A program made the position numbers and the translations under genes. A stretch of DNA of 64,000 nucleotides from positions 30,053 to 94,052 of the forward strand of contig CAVYVE010000003.1 of assembly GCA_963771925.1 (NCBI GenBank), written 5' to 3'. This stretch comes from an uncultured Phycisphaerales bacterium (GTDB taxonomy: Bacteria > Planctomycetota > Phycisphaerae > Tepidisphaerales > Tepidisphaeraceae). The notes beneath the pieces are model-generated. The model was not told where the DNA came from and did not search any database. It worked only from the letters and a program-made list of their open reading frames with translations. Positions within the stretch are counted from its first letter, which is position 1. Every line of letters starts with the position of its first letter. Shown piece by piece: positions 20,735-32,182 of the stretch.

Positions 20735-21649
20735 ACCTTGAAGCTCGCTCAGCCGGCCAATTTGTTGCAGAACCTGGGCCAACTGTTCGTAGACGGGTGC
20801 GGTGTGGCCGCACTGGCACGGCATCCTGCCGATTCGCGCCGCCGCCTGGGCCAGGCGCACCAGCACGTCCGGGATAGCTTTTTCGGGAATGTCTTTCACA
20901 TTCACGCCGCGGTAGTTGCTCAAAATGGATTGGATCGCCCCGGGCAATCGCTTTGCATCGACGCTGCCGTCGGCCAAGCGATAGGGAAGTTTCCACGTCG
21001 CCGGATGACCGGCGTCGCCGACATAGGCAAAACAGTTGGCCGGCACTTGATATTTCGGATGCAGAAGCAACCCCGTCGCAATCGCCGCCGGAACCGGCGG
21101 CGCATCGGCCGCCGCATCGGGCAAAAGACGAATCGCCGCGTCGCAGTCGTTTCGCCGCGCGCGATAAATCCCCTGAACGCTGAGCCACCACAGCGTTTCG
21201 CAGGGCTGCGATGCCTCCAGCGATGCGAACACCCGATCGTGCAATCCGCCATGTTCAATATCGGCGGCGTACAGCATGACGCCGTCGCTCACGGCGATCA
21301 CCGTCACGTGCTGTTCATCCGCGTACCGGCGGGCCTGCTCCAGCGCCGGTTCGACCGCCCGGCGATTCCAGGCCAGCGATCCCGGCCTTTTCGCTTCCAC
21401 GATCAGCTTTTTTATGCCCAGACGCGTCAGCACCAGATCGGCAAATCCGATTTGATTGTTCAGGTCGGAAACCGGCCAGTCCAGGACGGTGGTGAACAAA
21501 TCCTCGAGGATGTTTTCCGTCACTCTCTCCGCGGCCGCCCCGTGCCGATCCCGCTGCACCAGGCGGTCATCGCGCTTTTGGAGAAACGCCGCCCAGTTGG
21601 CTTGGGCCCGTTCAACGCAATGGCGATAGGATGCCAAATCTTCCGACAT
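20717..21649 (-). CDS. PD-(D/E)XK nuclease-like protein (type I restriction HsdR N-terminal-like domain) with an unknown C-terminal domain
   Basis: Intact 310-aa ORF. FADLVLTRLGIKKLIVEAKRPG fits the D...(E)xK core. The C-terminal half (HPATWKLPY...) was not recognised. Confidence 0.5.
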   Translation of the reverse strand: MSEDLASYRHCVERAQANWAAFLQKRDDRLVQRDRHGAAAERVTENILEDLFTTVLDWPVSDLNNQIGFADLVLTRLGIKKLIVEAKRPGSLAWNRRAVEPALEQARRYADEQHVTVIAVSDGVMLYAADIEHGGLHDRVFASLEASQPCETLWWLSVQGIYRARRNDCDAAIRLLPDAAADAPPVPAAIATGLLLHPKYQVPANCFAYVGDAGHPATWKLPYRLADGSVDAKRLPGAIQSILSNYRGVNVKDIPEKAIPDVLVRLAQAAARIGRMPCQCGHTAPVYEQLAQVLQQIGRLSELQGSTFHG

Positions 21650-21722
21650 CGTGCTTTCCCCAACGCGCGACCGAACGGATTGGATTATACGCCTTTTATT
21701 TTCGAAGTGCGCATCTCAATTC

Positions 21723-21746
21723 AAGCCCCGGATGTACATCCGGGGC
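21723..21746. repeat. 24-nt perfect palindrome AGCCCCGGATGTACATCCGGGGCT (copy 2, intergenic)
   Basis: Read directly from the sequence. It lies about 75 bp upstream of the start of the nuclease-like gene and shares a 24-mer with the copy at 9419-9442. Confidence 0.8.
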
Positions 21747-22063
21747 TACGGGAAGCGCATGCAATTCTGTAACCGGTATAAGACTACCACTGGTCACGTC
21801 GCCACCGTCCCGCTGTCGCTCGGCATGGATCGGATCATCTCGAACTCCACGATCGCGGTGTCGTTGGGGTGTAACTCTTATTTGTGGCGGCGCCTGACTC
21901 TGATCCGCTCGCCCGGTACTTCGGGAGCGGAGAAAAATTAGAGATCGCCGCAAAGAGGCGCCGCACTTACAGATCTTGGCCGATTCTACCGAGTCTGGCC
22001 AAGAAAACGGAAATCGAGTAAAGTCCGAAACTGCTCGGAAGAGCGCGGAGATTCCGAGGATTT

Positions 22064-22134
22064 TGGGGAATGGTGTAACGGTAGCACAGCAGACTCTGGA
22101 TCTGCTTGTCTAGGTTCGAATCCTAGTTCCCCAG
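22064..22134 (+). tRNA. tRNA-Gln (anticodon CTG)
   Basis: A manual cloverleaf fits: acceptor TGGGGAA/TTCCCCA, D arm GTGT-AACGGTA-GCAC, anticodon stem GCAGA/TCTGC with loop CTCTGGA, T arm CTAGG-TTCGAAT-CCTAG, discriminator G. No CCA is encoded. Confidence 0.9.
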
Positions 22135-22385
22135 TTGATTTATGGCCGATTTATCATGTGCTTTGCTTAGGGCAGTTTTGCAGTCCAGGATGGCATTTTA
22201 GCGCCTTTGCCTGCAAGGAACTCGATCAATGTATTCTCGACGGATGGGTCCAACGCCCGACGGAGGAGCAATGGGCCAGATACCGGCACCTTTAGCGGGA
22301 AAGGTCAATCAAAATGTAGGCCGTCAACTGGCAGCCTGACGGGGACTTCGGGTTGCACCTACCTCCCAAAAAGAGGAGGCGTATC

Positions 22386-22883
22386 ATGAGCTTCGGTCTG
22401 GCGGCATTTACCATCTTTCATGTCATGTTGAGCCTGGTGGGGATCTTCTCAGGATTCGTCGTGATGTTCGGGTTGCTGACGGCCAGACGACTCAAGCGCT
22501 GGACCGCGCTCTTCCTGGCAACCACGGTCGCAACGAGCGTGACAGGGTTTCTCTTTCCGGTCCATCACCTAATGCCTTCCCATGTGGTCGGCATCATATC
22601 GCTGTTGGTGCTGACGATCGCGATCTTCGCCTTGTACGGCCGTCACCTCGTCCGCTATTGGCGCTGGATTTACGTGATCGCCGCGATGCTGGCCCTCTAT
22701 CTGAACGTGTTCGTCTTGGTTGTGCAGGCCTTTCTCAAGGTGCCGGCTCTGAAAGCGATGGCTCCGACCGAGTCCGAGCCGCCGTTCAAGCTGACGCAGC
22801 TCACGGTTCTCTTTTTCTTCGTTGTAATTACCGTGATCGGCGCGATAAGGTTCCGCCTGGAGCAACCGTCGCTTGGTCAGTAG
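22386..22883 (+). CDS. hypothetical membrane protein (about 4 TM helices)
   Basis: ATG 22386 follows AAGAGGAGG. The product has hydrophobic helices throughout (MSFGLAAFTIFHVMLSLVGIFSGFVVMFGLL...). Confidence 0.65.
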   Translation: MSFGLAAFTIFHVMLSLVGIFSGFVVMFGLLTARRLKRWTALFLATTVATSVTGFLFPVHHLMPSHVVGIISLLVLTIAIFALYGRHLVRYWRWIYVIAAMLALYLNVFVLVVQAFLKVPALKAMAPTESEPPFKLTQLTVLFFFVVITVIGAIRFRLEQPSLGQ

Positions 22884-22935
22884 CGTCGTTTCGTGCTACC
22901 CGGCGAACTCGCCGGAATCAAGATTGGAGCTTTTG

Positions 22936-23955
22936 ATGCCGAAGATGCGCGCCGTACAGGTCCCCCGCCCAAAGGGTCCATTTGAAATCGTTCGAGCGCG
23001 AAATCCCCGAGCCGACGGCGGGAACCGTGCGGATCAAAGTTCAAGCCTGCGGGGTCTGCCACAGCGACTCGGTGACGAAGGAGGGGCTCTTCCCCGGCAT
23101 TGAGTATCCGCGGGTTCCGGGACACGAGGTCATCGGATCGATAGACACCCTCGGCCCGGGCGTGAAGCAATGGAAGGTTGGCCAGCGAGTCGGCGTCGGC
23201 TGGAACGGCGGATATTGCGGTTATTGCAACTCTTGCCGTCGAGGCGAATTCTTTGCCTGCCAGACCTCGACCCAGGTGACCGGCGTCACGCGCGACGGCG
23301 GGTACGCGGATTACATGATCGCCCCGGCTGAAGCGGTGGCGCTGGCCCCCGACGAGTTGTCCCCCGTCGAGGCCGCTCCGTTAATGTGTGCCGGGGTAAC
23401 CACGTTCAATGCACTGCGAAACAGCGGTGCTCGCCCCGGCGATGTCGTCGCCGTGCTCGGTTTGGGCGGGCTTGGCCATCTCGGCGTTCAGTTCGCCGCA
23501 AAATGGGCGCGAAGACCATCGCAATCGCGCGAGGCATGAACAAGGAACCGCTGGCCAAAAACCTGGGCGACATCACGTTACATTGACAGCCAAGCTCAGG
23601 ATCCCGCCGCCGAACTGCAAAAGCTGGGGGGCGCAAGGTGATCCTCGCAACCGTGACCGATGGCCCCGCGATGAGCGCCGTTCAGGGCGGTCTGGCCGTC
23701 AATGGAACGCTCATGATCCTCGGCGCTCCTCCCTCGCTTGAGGTCTCTCCCTTTGCGCTCATCAGCGGATGCCGGTCCATCAAGGGATGGTATTCGGGAA
23801 TGTCGATTGACTCACAAGAAACTCTTGCGTTCAGCGTCCTCGCCGGCGTGAGGTCCATGAACGAAGTTTTCCCCTTGGATCGCGCCGCCGAGGCTTACGA
23901 GCGTATGATGAGCGGCAAAGCCCGGTTTCGAGTGGTCCTCGCCATGGAAAACTAG
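22936..23955 (+). pseudogene. zinc-dependent alcohol dehydrogenase, at least 4 frame changes
   Basis: Motifs present: MPKMRAVQV..., CGVCHSD, GHEVIGSI, CGYCNSCRRGEFFAC, VAVLGLGGLGHLGVQFA, and C-terminal KARFRVVLAMEN. The pieces are spread over fragments 22873-23103, 22982-23539, 23386-23586 and 23638-23955. Confidence 0.8.
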
Positions 23956-24037
23956 CAAGCCAGCCGTCATGACGATTGAGCAATACGGTTGCGCGCCGGA
24001 ATCTTCAAAAATTTACTCTGGTCGCGACATCATCCCG

Positions 24038-24574
24038 TTATCCAATAGCCGCGATGATCGCTCGGGCATCAACCGGCCCATCATATCGCCGGCCATTGAT
24101 AAAAAGGGTGGGCGTCTTGCTCACGCCGCTTTGACGCCCGCTGTCAAAATCGGTGTCGATCCGCCGGCGATGTTTTTCCCGCGATCGGCTGGTTTCAAAC
24201 TCGTAGATCTCCAGGCCGAGGGTCAGCGCCAGATGGCTCAAGTCGATTTCCGCAAGTTCTTTTTGGTGCTGGAATAGCGCCTCGTGCATTTCCCAGAATT
24301 TTCCCTGGTCGGCGGCGGCTTCCGCGGCCTCGGCCGCGGCGCTGGCGTGCGGATGAATCGAACTTTGCGGGAAGTGCCGAAACACAAAACGCAGGCGGTC
24401 CCCAAGACGCCGCCGAACCTCTTTCACCACAGGAACGGCGTTCAGGCACGTCGGGCATTCATAATCGCCATATTCAACGATGGTAATGGGCGCTGTCGGC
24501 GGTCCGATGGCGTGATCCTGTTCCGTCACCGGCTCGGCCAGATCATTGCCCTCCGTTTTCAATGCCGCATCCAT
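24038..24574 (-). CDS. DsbA-family thioredoxin-fold protein
   Basis: Intact 178-aa ORF with the CxxC active site in IVEYGDYECPTC and the C-terminal segment GVSKTPTLFING. Confidence 0.8.
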   Translation of the reverse strand: MDAALKTEGNDLAEPVTEQDHAIGPPTAPITIVEYGDYECPTCLNAVPVVKEVRRRLGDRLRFVFRHFPQSSIHPHASAAAEAAEAAADQGKFWEMHEALFQHQKELAEIDLSHLALTLGLEIYEFETSRSREKHRRRIDTDFDSGRQSGVSKTPTLFINGRRYDGPVDARAIIAAIG

Positions 24575-24687
24575 CCGGTCCTCGCGTTCTCAGGTGCAAT
24601 CGTAGCAGGGTTGGTCGGAAGTATTCCATCGTTGTTCGGCAATGGAAAATAATCCTTGCCGGGGAGTTTCGGATATACAATACGGCC

Positions 24688-26375
24688 ATGACCGACACCT
24701 CAACACCAACATCCAACCCGATCGCCTTTCCGAAGCTTGACGCCAACGACCTGGCGGCGCTGAAGCCGCTGGCCGAATCCTGCTCTCTTCGAGGACGGCC
24801 AAATCGTTTTCCGCGCGGGCGATGCCGACCTGGATTTGTTCGTCGTCGAATCCGGCGCGATCGAGATATTGAACCCTTCCGACGACAATCGGCACGTCGT
24901 CACGCATGGTCCCGGGCAATTCGCCGGAGACATCGATCTGCTGACCCGCCGGCCGGTCATCGTGACCGGCATCGCGCGCGGCCGAACGCGGTTGATGCGC
25001 GTTCCGGGCGCGCGATTGCGCGAGATGCTGAACAAGGTGCCGCAACTCAGCGAAAAAATGCTGATCGCCGTCCAGGAGCGCCGGCGGCTGCTTGACCCAG
25101 GCGGGCGTGCTGGGACTTGAAGGTCGTCGGTCCGGGCAAATGCCGCGACACGATGCTCGTGCGCGAATTCCTTTTCAAGAATTTCGTTCCGTTCACCTGG
25201 TACGACTCGGCATCCGAGCAGGGGAAAAAGCTGATGGCAAGCTGGGGCTCGCCGAAAAAGTCGCCGGTCATTGAATGCGGCGGCGGCCAGCTGCTGATCA
25301 ATCCCGGGCTTCGCGAATTGGCGCACGGCGCCGGCGTCTGGCGTCATTGTCCGACCGATGACGGTGGATCTGGCGATCGTCGGCGCCGGACCGGCGGGAA
25401 TGGCCGCCGCCGTTTACGCCGCCTCGGAGGGCGTTTCCACCATCGTGCTCGACCGGCTCGGCCCCGGCGGCCAGGCCGCGGGATCGTCCAAGATCGAAAA
25501 TTTCATCGGCTTTCCCAGCGGGCTGTCCGGCGCGGAACTGGCGATGCGCAGCGTTCTGCAGATGCTCAAATTCGGAGCGAAGATGGTCGCGCCGGTGACC
25601 GTCGAGCGGATCGAGCCCAGCCGCGACGCCGGACGATTTTCACGTCCTGCATCTGGACTGCGGGACGGTGCTTCGTGCCCGCACGGTGCTGATCGCCGCC
25701 GGCGTGCGCTGGCGAAAGCTCGAAGCCGAAGGCGCCGAGCGATTTGAATCGGCCGGAATCCATTACGCCTGCACATCCGTCGAAGCGATTCTCTACGACA
25801 CGCAGGACGTCGCCGTCGTGGGCGGCGGAAACTCCGCCGGACAGGCGGCGATGTTCCTGGCCGAATGCTGCCGCGACCGAACGCGTTCATCTGCTGGTTC
25901 GAAGCCGCCTGGGGCCGGGAATGTCCGATTATCTCGTCGGCCGGATTCGCGCCGCGCCCAATATTTCCGTGCACGAAGGCGTCGAGATCGCCGCCGTGCA
26001 TGGCGAGCGGCGATTGGAAAGCGTCACCCTGCGGGCATTCAATCCCGACGGCGATTCGCCAACGAGCGATGATCCCGCGAAACTCTGCCCATCTCCGCCG
26101 CCTTCGTTTTCATCGGCGCCGAGCCGGGATGTTCCTGGCTGCCCGAAACGATTGCGCGCGATAAGCTCGGTTATATCCTGACCGGCATCGACGCCCTGCG
26201 ATCGGGCCGTTGGCCGCTGAAGGATCGCGAGCCGTGCCCGCTGGAAACCACCGTCCCCGGCATCCTCGCCGCCGGCGACATCCGCGCGGGTTCCACCAAG
26301 CGCGTCGGCTTCGCCGTGGGAGACGGATCGCTGGCGGTGACCTGCGTTCACAAATTGACGGCGATTCGCAGTTAG
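24688..26375 (+). pseudogene. cyclic-nucleotide-binding domain fused to a thioredoxin-reductase-like FAD/NAD(P) oxidoreductase, at least 7 frame changes
   Basis: The cNMP domain has FRAGDADLDLFVVESGAIEI...GQFAGDIDLL. The reductase part has [56 protein letters not shown] and VPGILAAGDIRAGSTKRV. The pieces lie in successive different frames. Confidence 0.8.
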
Positions 26376-26474
26376 CGCGAATCCGGCCTCCGCCATTCTA
26401 CCTTCGCCGCAAGGCAGGTCGCCGCCCCAACGGCCCCGGCGACTACGGCGTAATTCTTCTGTATATTCCACCTC

Positions 26475-28507
26475 GTGCCGTCCATGGCCCAAGAGCTTGA
26501 CACGAATTCACGCGACATGTCCGCCGCTGCGCCGGCCTCGTTGGCGCGGCCGCCTCCTGCGCGGCTTCGTCGGCCTCTTCATCGCCGCCGTCGCATGGAT
26601 CTTTTCGTCGAAGGAATGCATCTGCGTCACTGGGTTTTCGACATGACCGATCCGATTCATTTCAACGACGACATCCATCGCGGCTGCTATTGGGGCCTCA
26701 AGGCCAGTGGTTCTGAAGGATATCTCAACCAATACGAAAAAATGCGCATCGAGCGGCCTGAGTGGCAGGACGCTGCGCTGGGATATCTGGCTCGATTACG
26801 GCCCGCTGCGCTTGCTGGTGATGCGGCAATGGGGCGTTTGGCTGCGTGCCCATCACCCGCCCGGGGCTTTCGTGCCGCTGATCGACGCCTGGCAGCGGCC
26901 CTGGGCCTACACGGCGCCCGTGCTACGGTTCAACACCGCGATGGATGCCTTCGCCGCCATCCTCGCATTTTTGCTCACTCGACTTTGGGTCGTCCGCGGA
27001 ACATCCGATCGACCGCGCGGCATTTTCGCGGCGTCTGGCAGGGCTGCGCCGCCGCCAGTCTCCTGTGGTTCAACCCCGCCGTATTGCTGAACGCCTACGG
27101 CTGGCCCTCCTGGGATTCCTGGATCATTCCGTGGTATTTGCTCGCGGCGCTATTGGCCAGCACCGAATGGTGGTTCTGCGCCGGACTCGCGATCGCGATC
27201 GGCGCGATGTTCAAGGGCCAACAACTCGCCGTCGCCCCCATCTTTGTTCTCTGGCCACTGGTTCAAGGCCGAGTGGGCTCGGCCCTTCGCTGGCTGAGCG
27301 GCTTGATCTTTGGCTTTGCGGCGATCGCATCACCGTGGCTGGTAAGCTATCTCCCTCTCGATCGCGTCGAAGCCGCTCGCCGAATCCAAACACTCTTGCC
27401 TGTGACGCTTTATCCGCCAAACCTGTTCGCCATTCCGCGCACGATCGACATCCCGGCGATCGTGTGGATCGCGGGCCTGCTGATCGTCGCGGCCGCGGTT
27501 CCGTGGATTCTGCGCATTCAATTGCAGCGCCCCGACTCGCGCATTCGCGCCATCGTGAATTCCAACCGGTTCTGGACGCTCGCCGCCGCGGTCATCATTC
27601 TCCTTGCGGCATACTGGCCCTGGTTCTTGCCGCGCAATCATCACGGATGGCGTCTTGGCCTGCTGGCGGCGGCCGTTCTCGCCGCCGCCGCGCTTTGGTT
27701 TCGCCCCCGGCATCAGCCTTACGTCCTTGCGGCCGCGACCGGCACCAGTCTTCTTCTATGTATGGACGTTTTCCACGGCAGTTCCGCCTGGTGGGATTGT
27801 GCGTTCCATTTCGGCACAATCCACTGGCCGTTCATGATCCAAGGTTTGACCAGCAATATCCCCGGAATGCTCGAGGTCGGCGCTACCACTGGCCCCAGAT
27901 GGCTCACGACGCGGCCTTCACTCTTCCCGCGATCGTGGTGCATTGGCCGGGGTTCATCAGGGACAGGTTCTGGTGGCCGGCCTCCGCTCTGAACGTCACT
28001 TCAAAACAACTCTTCGACACGATCTACGCGATCCTTCTCACGATCAGCGGACTCGCCATTGGACTTCAGGCTCGCCGCAATGACCGTAGGTTGCTGGCTG
28101 CCCTCGTGACGCCTTGGCTGCTGTTTTTTATGTTTCCCGTTCAGATCCAGGAGCGGTATCTCCTATTCGCGGCCGGAGTTTCCGTCATCAGTGTCGGCCA
28201 AAGTATCGGCGCGGCGCTGCTCGGCATTTTTCTGTCATTCGTTACCACCGTGATGACGCTCAATGTCATGATGGACCACGGCGACGTGGGCGCTTTCGGC
28301 GCGAAGCTTTGCAAGGCTTTCCCCCGGCTCTTTTCCCCGGCCAGCGGCCAAACCATCCGGGAATACATCCAGGGCACTCACCCGGACATTGCCTGGGGCG
28401 TCTTGGTCGCCGCCGGCGTATTCTTCTACCTCAGCCTTGCTCCAAGCCCAATCCAGCGCCTCGGCGCGGAGGCGCGACGGCGAAATGGGCAACGGCGTGA
28501 AATATGA
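26475..28507 (+). pseudogene. polytopic membrane protein, GT-C/DUF2029-like glycosyltransferase candidate, at least 4 frame changes, start uncertain
   Basis: Features include LDYGPLRLL (similar to the DYPPL loop), FKGQQLAVAPIFVLWPL and many helices. The pieces lie in frames of 26475-27992, 26707-27090 and 26945-28507. One shift maps to the T4 run at 26602-26605. Confidence 0.55.
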
Positions 28508-28624
28508 AATAAAATCCAGAATGCGGCGGAGCATCCGTGGTACATTTAGTGGAGTCGCCGGGCAGCGATTTCTTCGTTCCGTTTCCTGCTTCCGCAACCC
28601 CGGCTGTAACAGAGAGCTTTTGCC

Positions 28625-31600
28625 ATGTCGGTTTCTTCCAGAGTTGTGTCCGCGATCGGCCGCCGCACGCACCGCGAAGGATTCGTCCGCGTCGACGGCG
28701 TGGAGATGTATCAGATACGCGACTACGATCGGCTCCAGCCGTTTCTGATCTCCATCACCAGCGAATCCGATCTGTGGATGTATGCTTCTTCGGCCGGCGG
28801 CATTACGGCCGGACGCGGGGATGCGGATCATGCGCTGTTTCCTTACGAATCGGTCGATCGCCTGCACCGCGGATACGGCATTTCGGGCGGCGCAACCTTG
28901 CTGAGGGTTTGGCGCAATGCCGGGCCGGCGGTGATGTGGGAGCCGTTTGCGTGCCAATCGTCGCATCCCTCCATCGAGCGGAATTTATACAAGAGCGCTG
29001 CTTGGAAACCGCCTGATGTTCGAGGAAGTGCATCGGCAACTGCACCTGATTTTCCAGTATACCTGGGCAACCAGCACGCGGTTTGGATTTGTAAGGACCG
29101 CGTCGCTGATGAATGATGATGATTCCCTGGTCCGAGTCGAAATGCTCGACGGCCTCTTGAACATTCTTCCGTCGGGCGTGCATCTGGCCATGCAGGGAAG
29201 CCTCAGCCCGCTGCTCGATGCTTACAAGCAGAACGAGTTGGACGCGACGACGGGGCTGGCAATGTACTGCCTGACCGCGGCGGTGACCGACCGCCCTGAG
29301 CCGTCGGAAGTGCTCAAGGCCACAACGGTCTGGAGCCGGGGGCTGGCAAACGCTTCGGTTCTGTTCCGCGAAGAGATGAGAAATGATTTTCGCCAGGATC
29401 GAGATCTTCCGCCGACCCCCCGTGTCGCCGGCTGTCGCGGCGCGTTTTTGCTCCACGCATCGCAGGATCTGGCTCCGCGGGAAATCATCGGCTGGGATAT
29501 CGTGTGCGATGTCGATCAGGACCACCTCAGCGTTTCCAAGACGCGGGCGATGCTGCGCGGCGATGGCGAAAAAATTCGCCGCATGGTGCGCGAAGATGTC
29601 GATCGCAGCGAAAACGGGCTGTTGCGGATCGTCGCGGAGGCGGATGGGTTGCAGGTATCCAACGACCGAATGACCTGCGCGCACCATCTCACGAACGTGC
29701 TGTTCAACGCGATGCGCGGCGGCGTGCCGCTGCGGCAGGCGAGCGTCCGAGCCGAGGAATTCTCAAACTTCGTCCGTGACCGCAATCTTGCGGCCTATAC
29801 GGCAAACCGCGACCTTTTGCGAAAGCTGCCCGACACCCTCGAGATCGCCGAGCTGGTGACGCTGATGGACCAATTCGCCACCAGCGACCTGACGCGGCTG
29901 GCGTATGAGTATCTTCCGCTGTTTTTCAGCCGGCGTCATGGAGATCCCAGCCGGCCCTGGAACTGGTTCTCCATCCGCGTCCGCAATCCGGACGGCAGCG
30001 CACTGATCGGTTATGAGGGGAATTGGCGGGATATCTTTCAGAATTGGGAAGCGCTGGCCGTGACATTCCCGGAATTGATCGAGGGATTCGTCGCGAAATT
30101 CGTCAACGCCTCGACCGTGGACGGATTTAATCCGTATCGCATCACTTCCGAGGGAATCGACTGGGAGATTCCAAAACCCAACGACCCGTGGTCGCACATC
30201 GGCTATTGGGGAGATCATCAAATCGACTATCTGCTGAAACTTCTCGAGCTATCGCGCGATTTCCATCCCGGCCGGCTGGAATCGCTGCTCGAACGGAGGG
30301 TCTTCAGTTACGCCAACGTGCCTTATCGGCTCGGCTCCTATCCGGCCATGGTGCAAAATCCTCGCGAGACAATTTGTTGGGACACCGCCGAGGCGGCGCG
30401 CATCGATCGCCTCGTCTCGGCGATCGGCGCCGACGGCAAACTCCTTCACGATGAGCACGGAAACGTCTATCACGCCACGCTGCTGGAAAAGCTGCTGGTG
30501 CCGCTGTTGTCCAAGCTTTCCAACTTGGTTCCGGACGGCGGGGTCTGGATGAATACCCAGCGGCCCGAGTGGAACGATGCCAATAACGCCCTGCCAGGGT
30601 ACGGCATTTCGGTAGTGACGCTGGCCCATCTGCGGCGTTACCTGGCTTTCCTTGCCGACCTTCTCGCGCCAATCGCGGGGCTCCGCTGCGATATTTCAAC
30701 CGAGGTCGCTACATGGGCCAGTGACCTTCACCAGGTGCTGCGGAATCATGAACCTCTCCTCGCGAAACCGCGTTTTTCGTCGCAGCAGCGGCGAACGCTC
30801 ATGGACGACTTGGGGCTGGCGTTCGAGAATTATCGCCTTTGCGTCTATGCAAAGGGTTTTTCGTCCGAAAGGCGATCCTGTCCGCTCCAGGAACTGCTCA
30901 CGTTTCTGAACCTGGCCTTGCGCTTCGTGGACCATTCACTGGCCGTTAATTGGCGGGAGGATGGGTTATTTCATTCGTACAATATGCTCGACCTCCCCGG
31001 CGGCAATCACCATGCCAGCATTCGCCATCTTCATGAAATGCTCGAAGGTCAGGTCGCGATCCTCAGCTCGGGAACGACGAATGCTGCCCAGGCACTGGCG
31101 CTGCTCTCGGAAATGTTCAGAAGCCGGCTCTACCGGCCGGATCAGCGCAGCTTCATGCTTTATCCGGTGAAGGACCTTCCCGGCTTTTTGCAGAAGAATA
31201 TTATTCCGGCCGACGCCGTGCGCCGTTCGCCGCTCCTGTCGGCGATGATCGAAGCCGGTGAGAATTCAATCATCGCCTGCGACGCGGATAACGCCTATCG
31301 CTTTAACGGAAGCTTTCAGAACAGCGGCTGGGTGAAAGAGGCCTTGTCGCGACTCGCCACCGAACGGCGATGGGAAAATCTGGTCGCATCGCACGGGCCG
31401 GAAGTGCTTAAGCTTTACGATGATGTGTTCGACCACGATTCTTTCACCGGCCGGTCGGGAACGATGTACGCTTACGAAGGCATTGGGTGCATCTATTGGC
31501 ACATGGTATCCAAGCTGCTGCTGGCGGTGCAGGAATGTTTTTGGCGAGCCATCGAGGAAAATGCTCCGAATGCGGAAATCGAAGCTTTGGCCGATATCTA

Positions 31601-32182
31601 TTACCGTGTGCGGGCCGGGCTGGAATTCAACAAGACGGCGTCGGAATACGGGGCGTTTCCCACCGACCCCTATTCACACACGCCGCTCGGCGGCGGAGCA
31701 CGCCAGCCCGGCATGACCGGGCGAGTTAAGGAAGAAATTCTCACCCGCCTCGGCGAATGGGGCCTGCGCGTGCGCGGCGGACCGATCTGTTTCGACCTCG
31801 GCTCCTGCGCCGATCGGAACTGCTCAGCCGAGCCGGCCATTTTTCCTACGTAGCGCTGGACGGATCAACGCGGTCCATCGACCTTGGGCCGGGGATGGCC
31901 GCGTACACTTTCTGCCAGGTGCCCGATGATGTATCGTGCGACGGAACATGAGCGGACAACGAACATTCGAGTTCATCGGTCGGATGGTTCGGTGAATCTG
32001 TGGGCATCGCACGCGGTCTGGACCCCGGCATCTCCAGGGAGATTTTCCAGCGTCGCGGCACGGTGACGCGGCTCGAGGTATTGTTTCACCCGCGAAATCC
32101 TCGGAAGATGAACTTTCTACGTCATTCCCACCCGGTGACTGCGGCGGTACGTCCGTGGGCGTCACGCCCAGACGTTCTTTGA
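28625..32182 (+). CDS. large conserved hypothetical protein (about 1180 aa), possibly an (alpha/alpha)6 glycoside hydrolase/phosphorylase-like enzyme. The central 2.8 kb is intact. One frameshift lies near 28990 and at least three lie after 31780.
   Basis: The 968-aa core ORF is 28947-31853, and the N-terminal 28625-29116 frame joins it near 28990. Segments noted: RHGDPSRPWNWF, GYWGDHQIDYLLKLLELS, NTQRPEWNDANNALPGYG. C-terminal pieces lie in frames 31757-31951, 31884-32066 and 32000-32182. The function call is weak and the 3' end is uncertain (32111-32182). Confidence 0.5.

Noticed and set aside
21650-22385. An integrated element at tRNA-Gln (integrase or attL/attR).
   Set aside because: No integrase-like ORF and no direct repeat of the tRNA 3' end were spotted in the flanks.
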